Positions 1 to 7,280 of a stretch of 64,000 bases of DNA are shown one piece after another (position 1 is the stretch's first letter; every line of letters begins with the position of its first letter). A program made the translations under genes and the position numbers. Location of the stretch: assembly GCA_965243715.1 (NCBI GenBank), contig CBDEVU010000017.1:241223-305222 (forward strand), written 5' to 3'. The DNA comes from Candidatus Aldehydirespiratoraceae bacterium. GTDB taxonomy: Bacteria > Actinomycetota > Acidimicrobiia > Acidimicrobiales > Aldehydirespiratoraceae. A model generated the notes under the pieces. That model was given only the letters and a program-made list of their open reading frames with translations. It did no database searches and was not told the origin of the DNA.

Positions 1-2
1 AC

Positions 3-332
3 AACGAGTACAAAGCACGAGCCGAGGTAGCTATCGAAGTCGGGTACGCGGAACTCGCAATTGCCTACCTCGCCGCCCGCACCAGTCAACTAAATAACGT
101 GGTCATGATGTCCCAAGCTATAACGGAACAGATCAGTGGTCTACGGCGCTCCCAGATCAACCGCACAGCACTCAGGGCTACGGTTGCTCCCGGTCGTAGT
201 TTCTGTTCGGACACAAGCACACTCATAAAACGATTACTCCCGAACGTCGCTGGTGACCTCCGGCAGGCTCTGCAAGACCTCGCAAAACGCTGTAAGTCAG
301 TCGATGAGGCGTTGCACTATATGGCACATTAA
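3..332 (+). CDS. hypothetical protein, C-terminal fragment (gene begins upstream of the window)
   Basis: Frame 3 is open from nt 3 to the TAA at 330-332 (NEYKARAEVAIEVGYAEL...DEALHYMAH). The stop overlaps the next ATG (TAATG). A+T-rich like the following gene. No domain recognised. Confidence 0.45.
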   Translation, partial: NEYKARAEVAIEVGYAELAIAYLAARTSQLNNVVMMSQAITEQISGLRRSQINRTALRATVAPGRSFCSDTSTLIKRLLPNVAGDLRQALQDLAKRCKSVDEALHYMAH

Positions 333-874
333 TGGAGGCATCCATGTTCAACCGCCCACTCTTACAGAAAATCCGAAGAATCACCAAAAAATTAGGTACA
401 TCCGTGAAAATGATTAACCGACCGCGCTTGCGTCAAATCCAAAACGATATCAATAAACTAGGTAACCTGTTAAATAGGATCGACGCGGCTCTCGTAATTC
501 GCGACCCAGGGAACGCTCGGTCCGCTGACGCCTACGACGGACTTCGTAAGATGATTGTCGCGGGCGGTAAAGGGCGCCGAGATCATCTTCATAACCTAGT
601 GGACCTCGCTCAAGCCCTCGAACGGGGTGCTACGCTAGAGACTATCCGAGAACGAACCGAAGAGTGGTGTGATAAAGCGGGTATTATACGCCACGAGTCG
701 CCTGAACCCGCTGACTACTTTATAATTGTCGAAGGTGAAGGCTCAGTGATCGAAGTTGTCACGCCCGCATGGATAGACAAAGACACTTCAACATTGATTC
801 GCAAGGGCACGACTCGTCGAGTTCCCAATCCTGATCCCAACACTGATTCGACTGAAGTCGAGGAGGAAACATGA
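332..874 (+). CDS. hypothetical protein with a basic helical N-terminus and a small beta-rich C-terminus; speculative GrpE-like exchange factor
   Basis: 180-aa ORF. Its ATG overlaps the upstream stop, and its TGA overlaps the ATG of the first Hsp70 gene (ATGA at 871-874). The C-terminal GSVIEVVTPAWIDKDTSTLIRKG loosely resembles the GrpE C-terminal motif (G.V..V.QKGY....R.IR.A.V). Very A+T-rich: 44 of 120 nt are G+C at 361-480, counted by hand. Confidence 0.6.
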   Translation: MEASMFNRPLLQKIRRITKKLGTSVKMINRPRLRQIQNDINKLGNLLNRIDAALVIRDPGNARSADAYDGLRKMIVAGGKGRRDHLHNLVDLAQALERGATLETIRERTEEWCDKAGIIRHESPEPADYFIIVEGEGSVIEVVTPAWIDKDTSTLIRKGTTRRVPNPDPNTDSTEVEEET

Positions 875-2583
875 CAAGCATTGGTATCGATTTCGGTACA
901 ACAAACTCGGTAGTGGCCAAATGGTCATCCGAAGGAGCAGAGGCTCTGGCAATCGACGACCCTCTCAACGAATGGACAACCCTCGGCTTCGATAAAGTAA
1001 TGCCATCGGTCTTCGCGAAATCGCCGGAGGGTGAAGCCCTTTTCGGTTGGGCGGCCAAAGGATGCAGCACCGGTCGGTTCGAGGCGGTGAAACGACTATT
1101 CGCGACCCAACAGGACTCGATAGTTGATGACTATGGCGATACGTTCGCGGTCGAAGAAGTAGCCACCATGCTATTTGCCGAACTCAAAGCCGCTACCGTT
1201 CGTCAAGGCGTCGCCGCTACTCAAGCGGTCGTCACCGTTCCGGCTAACTCGCGTGGCCTCGCTCGGCACCGTACAAAAATCTGCGCGAGTATGGCTGGAT
1301 TCCAGGTACTAGCCCTCATCAACGAACCAACCGCGGCGGCGATGGCGTATGCGGCAAAAAACCCCGGTGATCAACAGATCCTAGTGTTCGACTGGGGCGG
1401 TGGCACACTCGATGTCACCATCCTTCAGTCTGTTTCCGGTGTCTTCATGGAGCAGGCCTCCATGGGCCTTCCCACCACAGGAGGTCTGGACTTTGACTCA
1501 AGGCTCCGCAAACTCATCTTGAAAACCGTTCCAGATCGGAGCTTCTGGACTAATAATGACCTCCGCCAGTTCGACCTTGACGTCGAACTAGCTAAAATCA
1601 ATTTATCCGAACGAGATTCCACGATAGTCCAGTTACCGGGTGGCGATAACCGAAAGATCACTCGCGGAATGTTTGAGGATAGCATCGACGGTTTGATCAA
1701 GAAGGCGAGGCATCCAATCGAGCAATGCTTGAGAGATGTCGGCGCGGATTCCGGTTCGATCGACTCGGTTATCATGGTCGGAGGAACCACCAAAATTCCG
1801 GCCATACGAAAGTTCGTTAGAGATTTGTTAAACTTGGATCCACAAGACGGCGTTGATCCCATGACGGCGGTGGGTGAAGGCGCCGCGATTGCTGCAGCAA
1901 TCCTAACCGGCGAACTCGAGGACAACGACTTCTACGTTGCTACCGAACACGCCCTCGGAACTATTGCCACCTCCGGCCATAACCGGCTACCAGAGTTCAG
2001 CGTTCTGATACCACGGAACCACAAACTACCGGCAGAGAAGACTAACACTTACGGACCTTCACGCCCTGAGCAGGAAGTTGTAATCATACCTGTCATCGAA
2101 GGGGACCCCGAAAAAGGCATTAACCATCCCGACAACGTGATCCTAAAAGAGTGGGAGTTACCATTACCTGGTCAACCAGGAGACCCGGACCGATCTCTCG
2201 AGGTCACCTACAATTACGACGTAAATGGAATCCTAGATGTTAAAGTCGTCGATGTCGCAAGCGGCGGAATCATGTTGGAGGACGATGTTTCCTATGGCAT
2301 CTCCACTGACAAACGTGAAATGATACGGATTTCTCGGCAGGCTCAGAACATCGTCGGCGAAGGACGTGTGCCCGATAAGAGAGCCACTCCAACGATTACT
2401 GATCCCAAGTCGGTTCTTCTACTTCAGCAGGCCCACGTAAAGGTCATCCCGTTTCTCGACGGAGACGAAGCGGATGAGATCCGAGAAGCGGCCCACCAGC
2501 TAGAAAATGCCACAGAAAAGGAAACCGACGGGGCACAGAGCCACTTGGAGACCTTACTCTCAGCCTACACATACCTATTCTGA
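871..2583 (+). CDS. non-canonical Hsp70-family ATPase (HscC-like), paralogue A
   Basis: Hsp70 nucleotide-binding motifs are intact: GIDFGTTNS (phosphate 1), NEPTAAAMAY, DWGGGTLDV (phosphate 2), VGGTTKIP (adenosine). A beta substrate-binding-domain-like segment (EVTYNYDVNGILDVKVVD) is followed by a short helical tail. No canonical DnaK C-terminus. Confidence 0.9.
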   Translation: MTSIGIDFGTTNSVVAKWSSEGAEALAIDDPLNEWTTLGFDKVMPSVFAKSPEGEALFGWAAKGCSTGRFEAVKRLFATQQDSIVDDYGDTFAVEEVATMLFAELKAATVRQGVAATQAVVTVPANSRGLARHRTKICASMAGFQVLALINEPTAAAMAYAAKNPGDQQILVFDWGGGTLDVTILQSVSGVFMEQASMGLPTTGGLDFDSRLRKLILKTVPDRSFWTNNDLRQFDLDVELAKINLSERDSTIVQLPGGDNRKITRGMFEDSIDGLIKKARHPIEQCLRDVGADSGSIDSVIMVGGTTKIPAIRKFVRDLLNLDPQDGVDPMTAVGEGAAIAAAILTGELEDNDFYVATEHALGTIATSGHNRLPEFSVLIPRNHKLPAEKTNTYGPSRPEQEVVIIPVIEGDPEKGINHPDNVILKEWELPLPGQPGDPDRSLEVTYNYDVNGILDVKVVDVASGGIMLEDDVSYGISTDKREMIRISRQAQNIVGEGRVPDKRATPTITDPKSVLLLQQAHVKVIPFLDGDEADEIREAAHQLENATEKETDGAQSHLETLLSAYTYLF

Positions 2584-2610
2584 TATGGCCGTAGTAGTCG
2601 AGGAGAAAAT

Positions 2611-4323
2611 ATGACAAGCATTGGTATCGACTTCGGCACAACGAACTCGGTAGTGGCCACTTGGTCACCCAAAGGGGCCGAGGCGCTGGCAATCGACGAC
2701 CCTCTCAACGAATGGGCCACCCTCGGATTCGATCGCGTCATGCCTTCGGTTTTCGCGAGATCGCCGGATGGTAAGGCCCTTTTCGGTTGGGCGGCCAAAG
2801 GCTGCAACTACAGTCGATTCGAGGCAGTGAAACGACTTTTTGCGACCCAACAGGACTCAATCATCGACGACTCGGGCAATACATTTTCGGTCGAAGAAGT
2901 GGCCACCATGCTGTTTGCTGAACTCAAGGCCGCTACCGCTCGTCAGGGAGTCGACGCTACTAAGGCGGTCGTCACCATTCCGGCGAATTCACACGGCCTC
3001 GCTAGGTATAGAACGAAACTCTGCGCGGGTATGGCTGGTTTAGATGTGCAGGCCCTTATCAATGAACCAACCGCGGCCGCTATGGCGTATGCATCGAAAA
3101 AGCCCGGTGATCAACAACTCCTAGTGTTCGACTGGGGCGGCGGCACGCTCGACGTCACTATTCTTCGGACTGTTTCAGGCGTCTTTCTAGAGCAGGCCTC
3201 CATGGGTCTTCCCACCAAGGGAGGCCTGGACTTTGATTCGAGACTGCGCGAAGTCATCTTGAAAACCGTGCCCGATCGAAGCTTCTGGACGAACGTTGAC
3301 CGGTGGCAGTTCGATCTCGACGTTGAACTGGCGAAGATCAATTTGTCCGAACGCAAGTTTACTATAGTTCAGCTACCGGGTGGAGATAATCGAAAAATCG
3401 CCCGGGAAATGTTCGAGGATAGTATCGAGACTTTGATCAGTGAAGCGAGGCATCCCATCGAGCAGTGTTTGAGCGATGTCGGCGCGGGATTCGGTTCGAT
3501 TGACTCCGTGGTCATGGTTGGGGGCACTTCGAAGATTCCGGCGGTACGACGGTTCGTTACGGAGTTGCTACAACTAGAGCCAGAAGTCGACGTTGATCCC
3601 ATGACGGCGGTCGGTGAAGGCGCAGCTATCGCCGCGGCAATCCTCAGCGGCGATCTTAAGAACAACAAGTTCGCTGTCTCTACTGAGCATGCGCTCGGGA
3701 CTATTGCTGTCTCCCAGCAAAGCCAGACACCGGAGTTCAGCGTTCTGATACCGAGGAACCACAGACTGCCAGCTAAGGAGACCGAAACATATTCACCGGT
3801 CCACGCTGAGCAGAAGGCTGTAGTTATCGACGTCATCGAAGGGGATCCCGAAAAAGGCGTTGATCACCCCGACAACATAATCTTGAAAGAGTGGACGGTA
3901 CCACTGCCCGGTCAACCAGGAGATCCGGACCGATCTTTCGAGGTCACCTACAATTACGACCTAGATGGAATCCTGCATGTACTCGTTACCGATTCCGCGA
4001 CCGATGTTATTATGCTGGAAGATGTCGTTTCCTACCGCATCGCCAATAACAAATTTGAACTGGTTCGGATTGCTCGGAGGGCGAATAGGGTCGTCGCCGA
4101 CCGCGAAATGCCCGACAACGTCTCCACCTCAACAACAACTGATCCCGAGTCGGTACTTCTACTTCAGCGAGCTAAAGTTAAAGTCATCCCGTTTCTCGAC
4201 GGAGACGAAGCGAGGGAGATCCGAGAAGCAGTCCGCCGGTTAGAAAATGCCGCCGACAGTGACCGCCACGAGGCAATGACCCGGTTGGAAACCTTGCTCG
4301 CGCCCTACATCTTTCTCTTCTGA
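2611..4323 (+). CDS. non-canonical Hsp70-family ATPase (HscC-like), paralogue B
   Basis: Same motifs as paralogue A (GIDFGTTNS, DWGGGTLDV, VGGTSKIP) and the same length. By eye about three quarters of residues are identical to A, with most divergence in the last ~110 residues. Confidence 0.9.
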   Translation: MTSIGIDFGTTNSVVATWSPKGAEALAIDDPLNEWATLGFDRVMPSVFARSPDGKALFGWAAKGCNYSRFEAVKRLFATQQDSIIDDSGNTFSVEEVATMLFAELKAATARQGVDATKAVVTIPANSHGLARYRTKLCAGMAGLDVQALINEPTAAAMAYASKKPGDQQLLVFDWGGGTLDVTILRTVSGVFLEQASMGLPTKGGLDFDSRLREVILKTVPDRSFWTNVDRWQFDLDVELAKINLSERKFTIVQLPGGDNRKIAREMFEDSIETLISEARHPIEQCLSDVGAGFGSIDSVVMVGGTSKIPAVRRFVTELLQLEPEVDVDPMTAVGEGAAIAAAILSGDLKNNKFAVSTEHALGTIAVSQQSQTPEFSVLIPRNHRLPAKETETYSPVHAEQKAVVIDVIEGDPEKGVDHPDNIILKEWTVPLPGQPGDPDRSFEVTYNYDLDGILHVLVTDSATDVIMLEDVVSYRIANNKFELVRIARRANRVVADREMPDNVSTSTTTDPESVLLLQRAKVKVIPFLDGDEAREIREAVRRLENAADSDRHEAMTRLETLLAPYIFLF

Positions 4324-4324
4324 C

Positions 4325-4723
4325 ATGATTGAACGTCGCAATCCTTATCTGATTCTTGGCCTCGACTTCGCCGCGAGTCCCAAAGAGGCATCGATCGCCT
4401 TTGCTAAGACGACTAAACGGATTCGTCGCGGTAATACGCCGTTCACGATGGAGGACGTGACGTGGGCGTTACACCAAATCGAACAAGCGTCCACGGACCC
4501 ACTTATTAACCTCAACGTCTACCGGGTGCCCGCCGACCCGACCGTATTTAGAGCGCCAACCGCGCTCGGTGCAGTAACCGGGCCCCCCATGAACCTCGAT
4601 CGTCAGTCCCCCACCGACCCAACGGTACTCACCCAACTACGGGCGAAAGCTCTCACCGACGAGCTATCTGGCCCGCTTCTCGCTCAGGCTCTGGGGCCCT
4701 TTGTCGATGCGCCAGAACCCTAA
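4325..4723 (+). CDS. J-domain-like protein lacking the HPD motif
   Basis: The ATG lies 1 nt after the paralogue B stop. The N-terminus NPYLILGLDFAASPKEASIAFAKTTKRIRRGNTPFTMEDVTWALHQIEQ matches the J-domain pattern (xxYxxLGL...A....I..A...) through helices I-III, but has RRGNTP where HPD is expected. The C-terminal half is Pro-rich and low-complexity. Confidence 0.55.
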   Translation: MIERRNPYLILGLDFAASPKEASIAFAKTTKRIRRGNTPFTMEDVTWALHQIEQASTDPLINLNVYRVPADPTVFRAPTALGAVTGPPMNLDRQSPTDPTVLTQLRAKALTDELSGPLLAQALGPFVDAPEP

Positions 4724-4780
4724 ACTGCTGCGAACTTCTGAGTCGTGCATGTCCTACTCATCGCGGCGGCCATAAAACGT

Positions 4781-6067
4781 TCAGGCCAGCAGCGCACGGC
4801 ATTGCTTGCTCCGCTCAGTGACGAGCGCCACAAGTCGGGCCGGTAACTCGTTTGAGGTTTCGCTAATAACGCATTCGCGGGCCGCTTGGTCGATGGCTTC
4901 CGGCGTGCGTTCGGCCAAGTCGCTTACCCTTGCCAGAAGCCGGTCTCGGTCGAGTTTGAGTTCGTCGGCGGCGTGCTCCCACGCGCGACGGCGATCAATG
5001 CGACGGAGCTTGTAGTCGTCACCGATTTTCATAGCCATCTTTACCTTGAACCCGTTGGTGTCGTCGTAGGGGAGAATCGAAGCAATGTCGTACAGGGGAG
5101 CCAAACGGATCTGAGTCCCCGCCAACAAAAAACTGTAGTTCTTCGCGTGGGCGTCGGTTCCCGCAATTATCCAGTTGAAGGCGAGAGCGTCAACGAACCG
5201 CCAAACATCGGTCTCGGCGTCGGAGCCACGGACTGTCGATCGGATGAGTTCCACGATCTGGCGGGTACTCGGCCCGCCATCAGCTTGATACTTGCGGACG
5301 GGAGACACCGACATCGCCTGACATAGATCCTCTTGGTGGACACGGCTCAACCCTTGGTCACCGGCGATGCGATCGAAGCGTTCAACGACGATGACGCTCT
5401 CGTCTTCGAATGTCTCAATTCTCGTCCTTGCTGCGGGAAGGCCCAGAACTCGCGCCGTGGCAAGGCACAAATGCTCATTGAGATCTTGACCCTCGAATCC
5501 CGAAATCGCCGGTTTGAGAATGTGAGTGGTGGGAACCGTTCCCGTCGGTGCGCCCCAACGACCGTCGGCGTAGTGCAGTGCGGTCTTGGCTTGGGCTCCA
5601 CCGAGGCTGAACTGGCCGGTGAACCCGGGACCGAGCCAACTGGTCGAATCGGTTCGCAGGGTCCGCAGACGTAACGCGATATCGGACTCGGTGAGCCACG
5701 TAATCTCCCCGATTCGGTTGAGGAGATTGTCGACCTCGTCGGCGGCGCAAAACTGCACTGCACCAGCGCAGTCATAGCCGACCTGAGTTCCGAGCAGCGG
5801 AAAGGGAGACGCGACCGAGACCCCAAACTCGCGACCCCACCTACTGAGAACGTCGGCGTTGTCGGGCAGCAACCCCCACAGCCACGGGGTAAGGCGAGCG
5901 TCGCTGTACCCTTCTTGTGTTGGAGGCATCGAAACCGACAACGCCGTCGCCGCCGGATCGTCCCGGTAGCCTTGATCATAGCGGATACCCAGAGCACCAC
6001 TTGCTAACCGTTGCACGGTTCCGATCGACTGGCCGTCCAAAATGACGCTCAACTCGTCCGACGCCAT
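4781..6067 (-). CDS. hipA: type II toxin HipA-family Ser/Thr kinase
   Basis: 428 aa. HipA N-terminal coupling-domain-like start (LSVILDGQSIGTVQRL...) and a kinase catalytic loop TDAHAKNYSFLL (D-x-H-x-K-N). The start overlaps the stop of the upstream HTH gene. Confidence 0.9.
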   Translation of the reverse strand: MASDELSVILDGQSIGTVQRLASGALGIRYDQGYRDDPAATALSVSMPPTQEGYSDARLTPWLWGLLPDNADVLSRWGREFGVSVASPFPLLGTQVGYDCAGAVQFCAADEVDNLLNRIGEITWLTESDIALRLRTLRTDSTSWLGPGFTGQFSLGGAQAKTALHYADGRWGAPTGTVPTTHILKPAISGFEGQDLNEHLCLATARVLGLPAARTRIETFEDESVIVVERFDRIAGDQGLSRVHQEDLCQAMSVSPVRKYQADGGPSTRQIVELIRSTVRGSDAETDVWRFVDALAFNWIIAGTDAHAKNYSFLLAGTQIRLAPLYDIASILPYDDTNGFKVKMAMKIGDDYKLRRIDRRRAWEHAADELKLDRDRLLARVSDLAERTPEAIDQAARECVISETSNELPARLVALVTERSKQCRALLA

Positions 6068-6333
6068 TAGGACCTCTCACCCAGGATCTGACCAAGGTCG
6101 ATACGCCCTACGGCGAGGTCCGGATGAGGAACGAAGATCACCTCGAGATCGAGAGCGCTCACCACCAACAAGGCACGGCCTAGTTCGACGGTGCGTTTAC
6201 CGTTCTCGAGTTCGGACAGCCAGGATCGCCCTACTCCTGCCAGCGCGGCCAGTTCAACCTGGGACAGTCCTCGCTCTTTGCGGGCTTGGCGAACCGCCGC
6301 CCCGAACTCTTTGCTAGTCTGAATTGGCCTCAT
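6067..6333 (-). CDS. hipB: XRE-family HTH antitoxin (HipB-like)
   Basis: 88 aa with a Cro/C1-type HTH (FGAAVRQARKERGLSQVELAALAGVGRSWLSELENGKR). Lies directly upstream of hipA and overlaps it. Confidence 0.85.
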   Translation of the reverse strand: MRPIQTSKEFGAAVRQARKERGLSQVELAALAGVGRSWLSELENGKRTVELGRALLVVSALDLEVIFVPHPDLAVGRIDLGQILGERS

Positions 6334-6371
6334 CGCCTTCTCTTTAACCTAAGCTATGTCTCCGTACGAGG

Positions 6372-6386
6372 ACAATATATCATTGT
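6372..6386. promoter_or_regulatory. candidate operator palindrome in the hipB/gntR divergent intergenic region
   Basis: ACAAT-ATATC-ATTGT is a perfect 5-bp inverted repeat. GGACAAT recurs at 6397-6403. Located 39 nt upstream of the hipB start. Confidence 0.3.
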
Positions 6387-6474
6387 TGCCGTTCGGGGAC
6401 AATGATTCCGAGAACGTAGAAGCCAATCAAGCCCCTCGACTCCGGTTGGTATTACGTAGTAAGGTGGAACGGCC

Positions 6475-7212
6475 TTGCTGAATCTTCAATCAATCGACCA
6501 CAAAGCATCCCAGTCACCCGCTCTACAGGCGTACCGCATCATGGAGCGAGCGGTTAGTCGCGGCACGCTTCTCACTGGGAGCAGACTTCCGCTCGAACAG
6601 GACCTGTCCGATCAGCTCGGTATTAGCCGTTCTACCCTCGACCGGGTCCTCAAGGCCTTATCCGATTCCGACCTGATCAAGCCCATCCCACAGCAGGGTT
6701 GGTACGTGACCAACGGACCCATCAATGACCCTCCGAACGCTCTGGTGAACTTCACCGAGAGGGCCAAGATGCGCGGGCTTCACGCCGGTGCCAAAGTACT
6801 CCTCCACACGATTCGGCCGATCACCCTTCACGAACAGGACGAACTACACGCTGCACCCGGCGCGCTGATTCTCGAGTTGAAACGTCTCCGCACGCTCGAC
6901 AACACACCTGTGTGCATCGACCACAGTGTGGTGATGATCGACCGAGTCCCCGGCATCGAAACGGAGAACTTCACCGACGGTTCCCTCTACACTTCGCTCT
7001 CTAATGCAGGAATGAGGCCCGCGCGATCGGATTATGAGCTAACCGCCGATGGGGCGAATTACGAAACTGCCCGGTTGTTGGAGATCAGCGTTGGTTCACC
7101 CGTGCTAGTGGGCCGCGAATTGTCTTACTCGAGTGACGGCGATCGATTGCTGCTTGGCCAGGTAATTTACCGAACCGATGCCTATACCTTCCGCGCCACA
7201 ATCCACGGCTAA
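6475..7212 (+). CDS. GntR/HutC-family transcriptional regulator (wHTH plus UTRA-like effector domain)
   Basis: LPLEQDLSDQLGISRSTLDRVLKALSDSDLI is a GntR-type HTH. The ~150-aa C-terminal domain is typical of the HutC subfamily. The start codon is TTG. Confidence 0.8.
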   Translation: MLNLQSIDHKASQSPALQAYRIMERAVSRGTLLTGSRLPLEQDLSDQLGISRSTLDRVLKALSDSDLIKPIPQQGWYVTNGPINDPPNALVNFTERAKMRGLHAGAKVLLHTIRPITLHEQDELHAAPGALILELKRLRTLDNTPVCIDHSVVMIDRVPGIETENFTDGSLYTSLSNAGMRPARSDYELTADGANYETARLLEISVGSPVLVGRELSYSSDGDRLLLGQVIYRTDAYTFRATIHG

Positions 7213-7280
7213 TCACTGCTCTGCATTATTGCGCGGGCAAGGCCTAGACTGGTTTGTTCCCCTGCTTGGAAGTTGACGCC

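Larger units (their letters stand above)
857..4323 (+). repeat. tandem gene duplication, period 1740 nt (two Hsp70-like genes including their ribosome-binding regions)
   Basis: gtcgaggaggaaacATGacaagcattggtatcgatttcgg at 857 matches gtcgaggagaaaatATGacaagcattggtatcgacttcgg at 2597. Both products are 570 aa and align without gaps over the full length. Confidence 0.9.
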
